Positions 31,675-41,990 are shown, numbered from the stretch's first letter. The stretch: DNA of 64,000 bases from Acidobacteriota bacterium (GCA_965217775.1 CBDCJH010000002.1:5184001-5248000); one strand, 5' to 3'. The notes: generated by a model not told the origin, from the sequence alone. A program made the numbers and translations.

Positions 31675-34662
31675 ATGAGAGACGGATCTCCCGCGAGGCA
31701 TCCTGCGTCATCTTCCACCCTGCCGGCGGTCTGGGTCTGCACGGCCATCCTGGCGACCGTCTTGAGCAGCCTGGGATTCGGTCGAACTCCGGCACCGGCG
31801 CCAAGACCTTCTTCGGCCGAAGGAGAACCGCTGCTTTCCACGACTCGACAGCTCACTTTCGAAGGCCGGCGTTCCGGGGAAGGATATTTCAGCCCGGACG
31901 GCTCCCGGTTCATCTTCCAGAGCGAGCGCGAGGAGGGAAACCCATTCTTTCAGATCTACCTGATGGACCTGGTCCGAAGAGAGGTGAGCCGGCTCTCTCC
32001 CGGCCAGGGCAAGACCACCTGCGGCTGGATTCATCCTGCGGGCGGCCAGGTTCTCTTCGCCTCGACCCACCATGATTCCGAATCCGGCCGGAAGCAACGG
32101 GAGGAACTGGAGCGCCGGGCCTCGGGCAGGACCCGCCGGTACACCTGGGATTTCGACGCGGAGTATGAAATCTACGGACTCGCTCTTGCAACGTCGACGT
32201 TGCAGAACCTCACCAACAAGTTGGGATATGACGCCGAAGCTTCCTGGTCGCCGGATGGCGGACGGATCGTATTCGCCTCGAATCGGTTGGCCTATGAAGG
32301 CCGTCTGGCGCCGGAGCAGGTGGAGTCCCGGGATCGGGACCCTTCGTCCTTTGTGGAACTCTACTCCATGAACTCGGACGGAACCGATGTCCGCCGGCTG
32401 ACCGCCTCGCCGGGGTATGACGGCGGTCCCTTCTTCAGTCCCTCCGGCCAGGGAATATGCTGGCGAAGATTCACCGAGGACGGGCTGGTGGCCGAGATCT
32501 ACCTGATGGATATGGACGGGGGCCGGCAGCGGCCCGTGACGCGGCTGGGGAAGATGTCCTGGGCGCCGTTTTTCCATCCTTCCGGCGATTACCTGATCTT
32601 CACCACCAACCTGCACGGCCTGGGCAATTTCGAGCTCTACCTGGTGGCCACCGGGGATCGCTCCGAACCGGTGCGCGTCACCCGGACTCCCGGATTCGAC
32701 GGTCTGCCCGTCTTCTCGCCGGATGGAGATACGCTGGCCTGGACCTCCAACCGGACTCCCGGGAAGATTTCCCAGATCTATCTGGCCGACTGGGACGACC
32801 GGGAAGCGAGACGCCTGCTGGGACTTACCACACAGGCGGGGCAGGCGGGCACTGACGCGGCCCCGGAGATATCGGGTGCGGCCCGAATCCGGGAGCAGGA
32901 CCTTCGCCGCCACGTGAACCGCTTGGCGTCCGAGGAGATGGAGGGACGAATGACCGGGACCCGGGGAGAGTTCCTGGCCACCGAATACGCCGCTTCGGTC
33001 CTGGCTCGGTTGGGGTTGAAGCCGGTTGGAGACGATGGGTCCTACTTCCAAGCCTTCCCCTTCACGGCGGGAGTCTCCCTGGGCTCCGAGAACCGATTGG
33101 CCATCGTGAGCGGGGAAGAGAAGAAGTCGCTGCGCCTGGACCATGACTGGAGGCCGCTGTCCTTCTCGGCCACCGGAACCTTCGGAGCCGCTCAGGTGGT
33201 CTTCGCCGGGTACGGAATCGTGGCTCCCGAGTTGGAGGAGAACCCGGGTTACGATTCCTATGCTCACCTGGACGTGGCCGGCAAGTGGGTCCTGGTGCTG
33301 CGCTATTACCCCGAAGAGGTGTCTCCCCAACGGCGGCGCCATCTGGCTCGCTATGGGAGCCTTCGATACAAGGCTATGCAGGCCCTGGACCGTGGCGCCC
33401 AGGGACTCCTCATCGCCAGCGGTCCCAACTCCAAGGTTCGCCGGGAGCTGATCCCGTTGAGGCTCGACGGTGCGGTCACGGACGGACGCCTTCCCGTCAT
33501 CTCCATTACCGACCGGACAGCCGGAATTCTGCTGGAGTCCAACGACCGGACCTTGGGAGAGCTTCAGGAAGAACTGGATTCCGGCGAGCTCCAGATGGGG
33601 TTCGCGTTGCCCGGGGTCAAGGTGGATTCGAACGTCGATCTGAACACGGAGCAGAGGACCGGCCGGAACGTTCTGGGGTTGCTGCAGGCGGGTCAGAGCA
33701 GCGACGCGGACGGAGTTCTGGTAGTGGGCGCCCACGTGGATCACTTGGGCGCGGGAGCCACGGCTGCATCATTGGCCCGGTCGGACGAGGAGGGAGGGAT
33801 TCACTACGGGGCCGACGACAACGCGTCCGGGGTCGCCGCGGTTCTGGAAATTGCGGATCATCTCGTGGACCTCCGGGACAAGGGAGACCTTCCGCCGGGG
33901 CGAGACGTTTTGTTCGCACTCTGGTCAGGGGAGGAGCTGGGTCTGCTGGGCTCGAACCATTTCATGAAGACCTATGGATCGGGCCATGGGGATGGGACCG
34001 GAAGCGACCTGTTGGCCTATCTGAATCTGGACATGGTGGGTCGGTTGAAGACATCCCTGGTGGTGCAGGGTGTGGGTTCGAGTTCCGTCTGGCCCTCCGC
34101 CATCGAACGGTCCAACCTGAATCTGGGCCTGCCCATCGTGATGCAGCCCGAGAGCCATCTGCCCACGGATGCCACCTCCTTCTATGTCAAACAGGTCCCG
34201 ATCCTGAGTCTCTTTACCGGCTCCCACGAGGATTACCACACGCCCGGAGACCGCCCTGAAAAACTCAACTACCTGGGAACGCGGAAGATTGCGTCATTCC
34301 TTAGCCGGATTGCCGTCCATCTCTTGGAGAACCCCGATCGTCCCGATTACCAGGAGATGAGCGACCCCAGAAGGCGAGGGGCCAGGAGCGGGCTGAGAGC
34401 CTACCTGGGTACGATCCCAGATTACGCCCAGGGTACGGAAAAGGGTCTCAGCCTCTCCGGTGTCGCACCCGGAGGACCGGCCGAAAAGGCGGGAGTCAGA
34501 GCCGGGGATCTGGTGGTGCGTCTGGCCGGCCGTGAGATCGGGGACATCTACGATTACACCTACGCCATCGATTTTCTGGAGATCGGCTCACCGACCGAGA
34601 TCGTCGTGGTGCGAGAGGGGAAGAGGATCACCCTGACCGTCGTCCCGGCTTCCAGGGACTAG
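31675..34662 (+). CDS. M28 peptidase with TolB-like beta-propeller, PA and PDZ domains (start uncertain)
   Basis: PD40 repeats (FSPDG), GAHVDH, GADDNASG, GEELGLLGS, NLDMVGR, DYHTP, YLGTIPDY. Confidence 0.9.
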   Translation: MRDGSPARHPASSSTLPAVWVCTAILATVLSSLGFGRTPAPAPRPSSAEGEPLLSTTRQLTFEGRRSGEGYFSPDGSRFIFQSEREEGNPFFQIYLMDLVRREVSRLSPGQGKTTCGWIHPAGGQVLFASTHHDSESGRKQREELERRASGRTRRYTWDFDAEYEIYGLALATSTLQNLTNKLGYDAEASWSPDGGRIVFASNRLAYEGRLAPEQVESRDRDPSSFVELYSMNSDGTDVRRLTASPGYDGGPFFSPSGQGICWRRFTEDGLVAEIYLMDMDGGRQRPVTRLGKMSWAPFFHPSGDYLIFTTNLHGLGNFELYLVATGDRSEPVRVTRTPGFDGLPVFSPDGDTLAWTSNRTPGKISQIYLADWDDREARRLLGLTTQAGQAGTDAAPEISGAARIREQDLRRHVNRLASEEMEGRMTGTRGEFLATEYAASVLARLGLKPVGDDGSYFQAFPFTAGVSLGSENRLAIVSGEEKKSLRLDHDWRPLSFSATGTFGAAQVVFAGYGIVAPELEENPGYDSYAHLDVAGKWVLVLRYYPEEVSPQRRRHLARYGSLRYKAMQALDRGAQGLLIASGPNSKVRRELIPLRLDGAVTDGRLPVISITDRTAGILLESNDRTLGELQEELDSGELQMGFALPGVKVDSNVDLNTEQRTGRNVLGLLQAGQSSDADGVLVVGAHVDHLGAGATAASLARSDEEGGIHYGADDNASGVAAVLEIADHLVDLRDKGDLPPGRDVLFALWSGEELGLLGSNHFMKTYGSGHGDGTGSDLLAYLNLDMVGRLKTSLVVQGVGSSSVWPSAIERSNLNLGLPIVMQPESHLPTDATSFYVKQVPILSLFTGSHEDYHTPGDRPEKLNYLGTRKIASFLSRIAVHLLENPDRPDYQEMSDPRRRGARSGLRAYLGTIPDYAQGTEKGLSLSGVAPGGPAEKAGVRAGDLVVRLAGREIGDIYDYTYAIDFLEIGSPTEIVVVREGKRITLTVVPASRD

Positions 34663-34820
34663 CAGTCCGTGGTGAAAGTCGCGCGAGCACCGAGACCGTT
34701 CCTGCGCCCGCCGGACAAGGCGCGATTCGGGAGCATACCGGGAGTATGTGACTGAATCGCAACGCAGTCCGCCGGGATGCAGGGGCGGTCGAATGCCGTG
34801 ACGACTTTTGCCACGGGCTG
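34663..34820 (+). mobile_element. 158-bp MITE, copy 2
   Basis: Same TIRs, flanks CTAG/CTAA. Inserted at the TAG stop codon of the peptidase gene. Confidence 0.85.
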
Positions 34821-34919
34821 CTAACGCAAGCCGTTGAGAGAAGAGCGTCTCGGGATGGGTCCCGATTCAGTTTTTCCTTGTAAATCCATGAACTTGTGTT
34901 ATTATCGCTGACCGTGCGG

Positions 34920-35210
34920 ATGAGGGGCATCGGCCGAAACACCGAGACGCGACAAAAGGTAGACTTCAGGTCCGAGAGAAACCTAGCCGTTGCCATCTTG
35001 AGGCAGGCTTGGCACGAAGCCGTCATCGACTTGCGGATCGTCAAGGAAAACTCCCGCAAAGATTATCGCCTGCTCAAGAAGAAGGCCATCGAGTGGATCG
35101 TCAGTGACGAAGACGGCTTCCCCTACTGGTGCAAGCTGGCTGACGCGGACCACAGTGCCATCCGGCAACGCCTGCAGGAGCGACTGAGCCAACAGTACAA
35201 CTGTCAGTAG
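34920..35210 (+). CDS. Small hypothetical protein
   Basis: Helical ORF (ERNLAVAILRQAW...AIEWI...FPYWC) with plausible coding composition. Confidence 0.55.
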   Translation: MRGIGRNTETRQKVDFRSERNLAVAILRQAWHEAVIDLRIVKENSRKDYRLLKKKAIEWIVSDEDGFPYWCKLADADHSAIRQRLQERLSQQYNCQ

Positions 35211-35309
35211 ACTCCCTCAGACCTGGGAACGGATTCGCGGACAGCCTGCCGAATTCCAGAATACGTCTATCCCAGTTCCAAAAAGATTCCATTTCACCTC
35301 CCCCGAGAC

Positions 35310-35392
35310 GTAGGGGCAACCCTTGCGTTCGCCCTCCCCGGGCCGATCCGTGAGGGGGCGACAGCGGGCACCCACACAAGGGGTGCCCCTAC
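35310..35392. repeat. GTAG-type REP-like inverted pair
   Basis: GTAGGGGCAACCCTTG ... CAAGGGGTGCCCCTAC. Confidence 0.55.
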
Positions 35393-35393
35393 A

Positions 35394-35422
35394 TTGCCTG
35401 ACGAAGGGGTAATGAATATAAT
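35394..35422 (+). promoter_or_regulatory. Sigma70 promoter of tRNA-Asp
   Basis: TTGCCT-N17-TATAAT, 16 nt before the tRNA. Confidence 0.75.
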
Positions 35423-35438
35423 GTGCGTTCGGTCGAGC

Positions 35439-35516
35439 GGGGCCGTAGTTCAGATTGGTTAGAACGCCGGCCTGTCACGCCGGAGGTCGCGAGTTCGAGT
35501 CTCGTCGGTCCCGCCA
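35439..35516 (+). tRNA. tRNA-Asp (GTC)
   Basis: Acceptor GGGGCCG/CGGTCCC, anticodon arm CCGGC-CTGTCAC-GCCGG, GTTCGAG T-loop, encoded CCA. Confidence 0.97.
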
Positions 35517-35551
35517 ATCCCGTCACCTTCCCCTTGACACCGGCATCCAGC

Positions 35552-36910
35552 ATGGAGAAGTCTCTCCAGTCTCCCACCCGGGTCCGTTGGCTGGTCTTCG
35601 GCTTGGCCTGCGCCTCGTCGTGGATGCTCTACCTCCACCGATACACCTGGAATTTCATTGGACCTGAGTTGGAGAAGTCCTACGGCCTCTCCAAGGCAGA
35701 GCTGGGCACCCTCTTCTCCTTCTTCATCCCTCCCTACGGGCTCCTGCAGATTCCCAGCGGCATCCTGAGCGATCTGGTCGGTCCACATCTGTTTCTGGGA
35801 CTGATCATGATCCTCTGGTCGTTGGCGCTTCCCCTGCATGCCGCGGCCGGCAGCTTCGCATCGCTGGCCGTCGTCCGCGTTCTCTTCGGCACCTTCCAGG
35901 CGGGCTGCTATCCCAACCTGGCCAAGGTCACCCAGGTCTGGTTTCCCCGCAGCCGGCGCACCGTCATCCAGGGTTGGGTGGCCACCTTCTTCGGCCGGGG
36001 CGGAGGGGCCATGTCCCCCATCCTCTTCGGAACCCTGCTCATCGGCTACTGCGGCTTCTCATGGCAATCCGCATTGGTGTTGTTGGGGGGAGGAGGGGTT
36101 CTTCTGGGTGTCCTCTTCCTGCACCAGTTCCGCAATTCGCCGGAGGTGGACCCGAGGACCAACCAGGCGGAGCGGGATCTGATCCGGGAGGGATCGCGGA
36201 AACCGGACCCCGAGGGTTCCCGGGTGCTGCCCTGGCGCCGGGTCGCGCGCAATCGCAGCATGCGCTTTTTCGTCCTGGGCCAGATCACGAGCGCGGCCGC
36301 CGACACCATCTACGTATCGTTCATGGGAGATTTTTTCCTGAACGCCAAGGGCATCGAGATGATCCAGGCAGGCATACTGGTGAGCCTGCCCCTGTGGGGA
36401 GGAGCCGTGGGGGGCATGGTGGGAGGCTACTGCAACGACTGGGCCATCCAGTGGAGCGGAAGCCGGCGTTGGGGCCGGAGCGTCATCGGTTTCACCGGCA
36501 AGTTCCTGGCCTGTTTGCTGATGCTCTTGACCATCCGTCAGGAGAGCGCGGTGGCGGCCGGGATCTCCCTGTTCGCGGTCAAGTTCTTTACCGACTGGAG
36601 CCAACCGACGGTGTGGGGAACCTGCACCGATCTGGGAGGACGATACTCGGCGACTCTCTTCGGAATCATCAACACGTCGGGCAGCGCGGGGGGCGTCCTC
36701 GCGCCCCCGATCTTCGGTCTGATTCTGGACTACAACACGGCCCGAAACTGGGTGGACGGCGCCTGGGTCCGGACCACCGACTACAACCCCCTCTTTGTGC
36801 TCGTAGCCGCCCTGTATCTGCTCAGCGCGCTGTCCTGGTTCTTCGTCGACTGCACCGAATCCGTGGCAAGCGAGCTCGAACCGGAGCCGAAGGTCACACC
36901 AGCAACGTAG
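35552..36910 (+). CDS. MFS transporter (anion:cation symporter-like)
   Basis: About 12 TM helices, QIPSGILSDLVG, FQAGCYP, WFPRSRR. Confidence 0.9.
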   Translation: MEKSLQSPTRVRWLVFGLACASSWMLYLHRYTWNFIGPELEKSYGLSKAELGTLFSFFIPPYGLLQIPSGILSDLVGPHLFLGLIMILWSLALPLHAAAGSFASLAVVRVLFGTFQAGCYPNLAKVTQVWFPRSRRTVIQGWVATFFGRGGGAMSPILFGTLLIGYCGFSWQSALVLLGGGGVLLGVLFLHQFRNSPEVDPRTNQAERDLIREGSRKPDPEGSRVLPWRRVARNRSMRFFVLGQITSAAADTIYVSFMGDFFLNAKGIEMIQAGILVSLPLWGGAVGGMVGGYCNDWAIQWSGSRRWGRSVIGFTGKFLACLLMLLTIRQESAVAAGISLFAVKFFTDWSQPTVWGTCTDLGGRYSATLFGIINTSGSAGGVLAPPIFGLILDYNTARNWVDGAWVRTTDYNPLFVLVAALYLLSALSWFFVDCTESVASELEPEPKVTPAT

Positions 36911-36919
36911 AGGGGGCGA

Positions 36920-37900
36920 TCAGAGCTCGGCCCAGATCCCGAATTTTTCCTGAGCCGCCAGATCGTAGATGCGGCGGGCGACGGCCGCGTCCTGGATGGC
37001 CATTCCGGTCGCGTCAAAAAGAGTGATCTCGTCGTCGGACGTGCGACCCTCAATCGAGCCGTTGATCACCTGTCCCAGAGTTCCCCTGATATCGTCCCGG
37101 TCGATATGGCCTTTTTCCAGCGGCTCCGAGACCTCGCCCAAGTGGCAGATCTGCTCGATGTGATCGCCGAAGATGGTGCACCGCGCATGCACGCCATTGG
37201 CCAATTCCTGTTTCCAGGCCTGGTCCGCCCCCATGCACGACAGGTGGGTCCCGGGTTTCAACCATTGGTTCTGTACGATGGGGACGGTGGTATTGGTGCA
37301 GGTAATGATGACGTCGCTCGTCGTGACCAGATCCTGCGGGTGGCGGACCGGCTCCACCGGTCGGCCCAGATCCTCGGAAAGCTCGGCGACGTAGCTTTCC
37401 AGGGCTTTGGGAAAGGAGTCGTAGACTCGGATTTCCTCGAAGGACCGGACCTGAACGGCGGCTCGCAGGGCGTGCCTCCCCTGGAATCCGGCTCCCAGGA
37501 TCCCCAGCGTCCGAACGTCCGTCCTGGCCAGGTGCTTGATGGCGACCGCGGCCGAGGCTCCGGTTCTGAGCCCGGTCACCCAGGCACCGTCCATCAGGGC
37601 CAGCGGCTTTCCCGTGTCGGGATCGAACAACGAGATCTGGGAGAGAATGTTGGGCAGGTTCCGCTTGGGGTTCTCTTCCCGGCCCTGTCCCAGTTTCATG
37701 GCCAGGACGTTCAGGTCCGGGAGCATGCTGGCCATGCAGGCGCTGATGCCGCCCGGGACCTGGAAAATGAGTTTTTTGGGAAGGATGTCGTTCCCCTTCT
37801 CATGATTGGCGAAGGCCTGCTCCACCATGTCGATGGACTCCTGGATGCTGAATCGTGAGATGATTTCTTTCTGACTGATGATCAGAATCGGGTAAGCCAC
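36920..37900 (-). CDS. Ornithine cyclodeaminase/mu-crystallin family
   Basis: GTG at 37900 with AGGAGG RBS. TGLRTGA, GAGFQG, MGAD, FDATGMAIQD. Confidence 0.9.
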   Translation of the reverse strand: MAYPILIISQKEIISRFSIQESIDMVEQAFANHEKGNDILPKKLIFQVPGGISACMASMLPDLNVLAMKLGQGREENPKRNLPNILSQISLFDPDTGKPLALMDGAWVTGLRTGASAAVAIKHLARTDVRTLGILGAGFQGRHALRAAVQVRSFEEIRVYDSFPKALESYVAELSEDLGRPVEPVRHPQDLVTTSDVIITCTNTTVPIVQNQWLKPGTHLSCMGADQAWKQELANGVHARCTIFGDHIEQICHLGEVSEPLEKGHIDRDDIRGTLGQVINGSIEGRTSDDEITLFDATGMAIQDAAVARRIYDLAAQEKFGIWAEL

Positions 37901-39033
37901 TGTCGTATCCTCCTGAGTCCCTCCCGGATGGTGTCCGGACCCACCGCGTATGAAATTCTGAAGGCCCGGCGGCAAGACTCGCCGAAGCCGGTTCCGGGAA
38001 TGCAACAGACTTGCGCCTCCTCCAGGAGACGCAGGCAAAACGTATCCGCATCCAGATCCAGATCGAATCTGGGAAAGATGTAGAAGGCCCCTCCGGGAGT
38101 ATAGCTGGAGAGATGCGGTATGTCTCGAAGCAGGTCCAGGGCCAGATTGCGCCGTTCCCGGTACTCGGAAACCATGGGGGGGATAAAGGTCTGATCTCCG
38201 GTCAGCGCCTCGATGCCGGCCCACTGGCCCGGCGTGTTGGCCACGGTGGTGGTAAAAGTGTGGAGCTTTTGCAGGAGCCGCCAATTGGTATGGCCCGTCA
38301 CGACCCAGCCGACTCGGATGCCGGTCATGGCGTAGGTTTTGGACAAGCTGTGGAACACGAAGAGACGGTCCCGGTCGGGCTCCAGCGCCAGCATGGAGGG
38401 GTAACTCCCCTCATGGTCGTAGACCAGTTGTTCATAGACTTCGTCCGATCCCAGCAACAGGCCATGCCTCCGCGCCACCGTGGCCAGCCCCTGGAGGACC
38501 TCCACCGGATAGGTTGACCCGGTGGGATTGCAGGGAGAGTTGACCAGAATCATCCTGGTTCGGGGAGTGACGGCGGCTTCGACCTCACTGGGATCCGGTA
38601 TGTAGCCGTCTTCGACCCTCGTCACCACGGAAACGGGTTCCCCGCCGATCATCCGAATGAATGGAGCATAGACGACGAAAGCCGGCTCCAACAGGATGAC
38701 CTCGTCGCCGGGACTGATGAAGGCCTGAAGTGTCAGGGTGATGGCCTCCACCGCGCCGTCGGTGACCAGGATCTCTTCGGGATGGACTTGAACGCCCTGG
38801 GTTCTTTCGTAGTAGCCGCCGATGGCCTCTCTGAATTCGGGGACACCCGAGTCCAGGGCGTAACGAGTCTTGCCCTCGTGAAGGGCCTGCACCATGGCCT
38901 CGATGACCGGAGCGGGAGTGTTGAAATCCGGTTGCCCGATGGAGAGATGAACCACGTCGTCCTTTCCCGCAGCCTCGTTGAACATCATGCGGATACTGGA
39001 AGGCGGAAGATCGACGACACTCCTTCTTGGCAT
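37882..39033 (-). CDS. PLP-dependent class I/II aminotransferase
   Basis: LSIGQPDF, NSPCNPTG, SDEVY, SLSKTYAMTGIRVG. Confidence 0.93.
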   Translation of the reverse strand: MPRRSVVDLPPSSIRMMFNEAAGKDDVVHLSIGQPDFNTPAPVIEAMVQALHEGKTRYALDSGVPEFREAIGGYYERTQGVQVHPEEILVTDGAVEAITLTLQAFISPGDEVILLEPAFVVYAPFIRMIGGEPVSVVTRVEDGYIPDPSEVEAAVTPRTRMILVNSPCNPTGSTYPVEVLQGLATVARRHGLLLGSDEVYEQLVYDHEGSYPSMLALEPDRDRLFVFHSLSKTYAMTGIRVGWVVTGHTNWRLLQKLHTFTTTVANTPGQWAGIEALTGDQTFIPPMVSEYRERRNLALDLLRDIPHLSSYTPGGAFYIFPRFDLDLDADTFCLRLLEEAQVCCIPGTGFGESCRRAFRISYAVGPDTIREGLRRIRQWLTRF

Positions 39034-39085
39034 GGGATCGGTCAATTAAACTAGACTGGAGCGGGTTTCCAACGACGGACATCTT

Positions 39086-40969
39086 ATGTTCCAAGCCACC
39101 GGATATCAAGTGCGGGCGGGATCGAAACCGCGGGGGCGGTGCTTCCTCGCCCGGTGGTTGGTTCTGGGTCTTCTGTCCTCCAACATCTTCGCGACCGGTC
39201 AGGATCAGGAGCTCAATGCGGCCCTGATCGGGGCCGCCGTGGAGGGCCGCACCGATCAGGTCGCGGCCTTGTTGGACCGGGGCGCCAGCATGTTGGTCCG
39301 GGACCCGGATGGATTGAACCCCCTCATGTACGCCGCCATGGGCGGGAATGAACAGACCGTCCGCCTGCTCCTGGCCCGGGGGTCGGAACTGGAAGCCAGG
39401 ACCCGGGACGGCGCCACCGCCCTGATGATCGGTTCCGGATCCGGACATGTGGCTGCCGTTGGCGCCTTGCTGGAGGCGGGAGCGGACATACGCTCCAACG
39501 ACGCCAGTGGACATACGCCGTTGGTCTGGGGAGTACTGGGAGGGAGCGTGGCGGTGGTCCGGACACTGTTGGCGGCCGGGGCCGGACCCGACGCGCGAGA
39601 CAAGACGGGCTGGACCGTCCTGATGCGGGCATCGTCCCAGGGCGACCTGCCTGTGGTCGAGGCTCTGCTCGAAGGAGGATCCAAGGTCGGGACTCGGAGC
39701 CGCGACAACTGGACGGCTCTCGCCTTGGCCTTGTTCGAGGGCCACGGACGAACGGCTGCTCTCCTGGTCCGCCACGGAGCCGACGTCGATGAGGTGGACG
39801 TCAACGGCATCCCGCTCCTGATGCATGCGGCGTCGGGAGGGAAGACCGAAGCGGCCCGATTCCTGCTGGCCCACGGCGCCGCCACCGGCTTTCGGGACAA
39901 GGAGGGCAACGGACCACTGGCGGCGGCGGCCTACAATGGCTTTGCACCCATCGTCGAGGCTCTGATCCGGGCGGGGGCCGTGGTGGACAGCCGCGACAGT
40001 CAAGGCCGGACACCTCTCACGCAGGCCGCCTCCCAGGGGAAGGCGGATGCGGTCAAGGCGCTTCTGGCGGCGGGCGCGGATCCGCAGATCAAGTCCAATC
40101 GGGGCCAGACGGCTCTGGACCTGGCCGTCTGGTACGACCACACGAAGGTCATCGAAGCGCTGCTCCCGGCCGGGGAACGGGTCGATACCCCCGACGAGGC
40201 GGGTCGAACCCTTCTCGTGCACGCCGCGTTGGAAGGAAACGAGGCGACGGTCAAGGTCCTGCTGGCCCGGGGGACCGATCCGGACCGGCCGGACCGGGAG
40301 GGGAGGACGCCGCTCATCTACGCCGCCCTCCATGGTCACGCCGAAGTGGCCCGGCGGCTCATCGACGGCGGCGCCCGGCTCGACTCTCGCAGCAACGAGG
40401 GTTGGACGGCCCTGGGGCTGGCGCTGAGCCAGGACCGCGGTCCCATCATCGACGCCCTCTTGGCGGCGGGGGTGGATGTGAATTCGGTGGCCCCGCACAG
40501 CCAATCTTTCCTGGGAATGGCGGCCTACCGGGGGCGACTTGAATCGGTTCGGAAACTGTTGCAACGCGGCGCTCGTGTCGGAACGCGAGGCGCGGGGGGC
40601 CAGACGCCTCTCGCCTTCGCGGCGTATCAGGGATTTCCGGAGATCGCCAAGCTGCTGCTGGACCGGGGGGCGGACCCGGATGTCCAAGACGATTCCGGCC
40701 GGACCCCACTGATGCAAGCCGCCTGGAACGGTCATGCTGAAGTGGCGGAACTCCTACTGGACCGGGAGGCCCGGATCGACGCCCAGGACGGTGAGGGCGC
40801 CACTGCCTTGGCCCTTGCCGCGGCCCGAGGTCAGACGGACCTGGTCCGGCTGTTGCTGAGCCGCGGCGCAGACGTGCGTATCCGGAACCACCAGGGACGG
40901 ACTCCCCTCATGTTGGCGCAGGGGGAAGGCCGGAAGGTCACGGCCAGATTGCTCCAGGACCGCGAGTAG
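39086..40969 (+). CDS. Secreted ankyrin-repeat protein (about 17 repeats)
   Basis: Signal-like N-terminus and tandem 33-aa G.TPL..AA..G....V..LL..GAD repeats. Confidence 0.93.
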   Translation: MFQATGYQVRAGSKPRGRCFLARWLVLGLLSSNIFATGQDQELNAALIGAAVEGRTDQVAALLDRGASMLVRDPDGLNPLMYAAMGGNEQTVRLLLARGSELEARTRDGATALMIGSGSGHVAAVGALLEAGADIRSNDASGHTPLVWGVLGGSVAVVRTLLAAGAGPDARDKTGWTVLMRASSQGDLPVVEALLEGGSKVGTRSRDNWTALALALFEGHGRTAALLVRHGADVDEVDVNGIPLLMHAASGGKTEAARFLLAHGAATGFRDKEGNGPLAAAAYNGFAPIVEALIRAGAVVDSRDSQGRTPLTQAASQGKADAVKALLAAGADPQIKSNRGQTALDLAVWYDHTKVIEALLPAGERVDTPDEAGRTLLVHAALEGNEATVKVLLARGTDPDRPDREGRTPLIYAALHGHAEVARRLIDGGARLDSRSNEGWTALGLALSQDRGPIIDALLAAGVDVNSVAPHSQSFLGMAAYRGRLESVRKLLQRGARVGTRGAGGQTPLAFAAYQGFPEIAKLLLDRGADPDVQDDSGRTPLMQAAWNGHAEVAELLLDREARIDAQDGEGATALALAAARGQTDLVRLLLSRGADVRIRNHQGRTPLMLAQGEGRKVTARLLQDRE

Positions 40970-41005
40970 AAGCCGTCTGGGCCGCACGCGCGGATCCGGT
41001 TAGTC

Positions 41006-41074
41006 TCACCTGTTCCCGGTCGGCCCCGACCGGAAAGAAGCTCTTTCCATCAGGTACTCGAGAACCAGTGCCAG
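41006..41074 (-). pseudogene. Diverged copy of the 3' end of gene 50945..52453
   Basis: 41020-41074 aligns with 50950-51004 (43/55 nt, 16-bp identical core TCCATCAGGTACTCGA). LALVLEYLMERASFRSGP vs LTLVIEYLMEKATPRLGP. Confidence 0.75.
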
Positions 41075-41101
41075 CCGACAAATAGACTGTTCCCTCGAAG
41101 G

Positions 41102-41257
41102 AAGCGATCTTCCGGGCGGTGCGCTTCGGCCCCGTCCGGAGGCCTGACCGTCCCCCCAGCGCGTTTTGCGCGGCGGCTCCTGGAACAACAACCCCAGGAA
41201 CCTGCGCTCCGCGAACCGCAACAGGAACACCACCGGGAACCGGAACAACAAGAACGG
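41102..41257 (+). repeat. Orphan partial DGR template repeat (RT 3' region plus TR, without the 3' end)
   Basis: 156 bp matching 50550-50705 with 7 mismatches. AAC codons are retained. Confidence 0.9.
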
Positions 41258-41524
41258 ACCCACACCTCGTGAAAAGGGAACTGTCCCCTGTTCCGGCTCC
41301 CCTTGACCTTAACTATGACCATACTTTATCTGTATATTCGCCATATATTGTCTGTATGTGTTCTAGTACTCGTTAAGTGTTGAAGATGCTGCTGAATGGG
41401 CTTTGGCATCGACTGAAAAGGTGGATGGGTCCAGGGTTGGCCTCTCGACGTCCCTCGACTTGGCGGCACAATGCGCATCCAGAACGAAGCATGGTTGGAA
41501 TCTGCAACCACATAGGAGGCACAC

Positions 41525-41746
41525 ATGTTACGAAAAGTCACCATGAATCTGACCGAGCGCGATATCGAAATCACCAACAGGCTGACGCAAAAATTGGACT
41601 CGCGAAGCAAAGCATCAACTGTGAGTAGCGCATTGTCGGTGATGGACGATCTGACCAGGTTGGTCGAAGACGGCGGAGAATTGTACAGACGCAAGAAGGA
41701 CGGTTCGATGGAGCGTCTTGTCATTGTGGGGCTGAGAGGTGGCTGA
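41525..41746 (+). CDS. Small ribbon-helix-helix-like protein
   Basis: AGGAGG RBS. RKVTMNLT beta strand followed by two helices. Confidence 0.6.
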   Translation: MLRKVTMNLTERDIEITNRLTQKLDSRSKASTVSSALSVMDDLTRLVEDGGELYRRKKDGSMERLVIVGLRGG

Positions 41747-41990
41747 GACCCCCGCTCCCCAGGATTGGGGCGATAGTGGGAATTCTGCAATCGCGATAGG
41801 TTTAACCCCCGCCTATGAATCGGGCCAGTTCTTTTATCGAGTCGTGGCAATATCGCTGGGCACGGCCATTGTTCTATCTGTGCTGGGTTCCGTGCAGTTG
41901 GCATTCTACGAGAAAGAGAATGAGGCCCTTCTCGCCATAGGCTCTGCGGCCGTCGGCGCATTGGCTGGCGTATTGGCGGGAAGACGGTAA
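41739..41990 (+). CDS. Small two-TM membrane protein
   Basis: Overlaps the upstream gene. Two hydrophobic segments, the second containing AIGSAAVGALAGVL. Confidence 0.6.
   Translation: MAETPAPQDWGDSGNSAIAIGLTPAYESGQFFYRVVAISLGTAIVLSVLGSVQLAFYEKENEALLAIGSAAVGALAGVLAGRR

Noticed and set aside
35439-35516. tRNA-Asp as an island attachment site
   Set aside because: No duplicated tRNA 3' end or integrase was seen, and the neighbouring genes look like core metabolism.
35423-35551. N-terminal extension of the MFS ORF
   Set aside because: It runs through the tRNA gene. The ATG at 35552 is the plausible start.
41102-41257. Second VR (second DGR target)
   Set aside because: Adenines are retained, mismatches are mostly at non-adenine positions, it includes RT-derived upstream sequence, and it is not at the end of a CLec gene.
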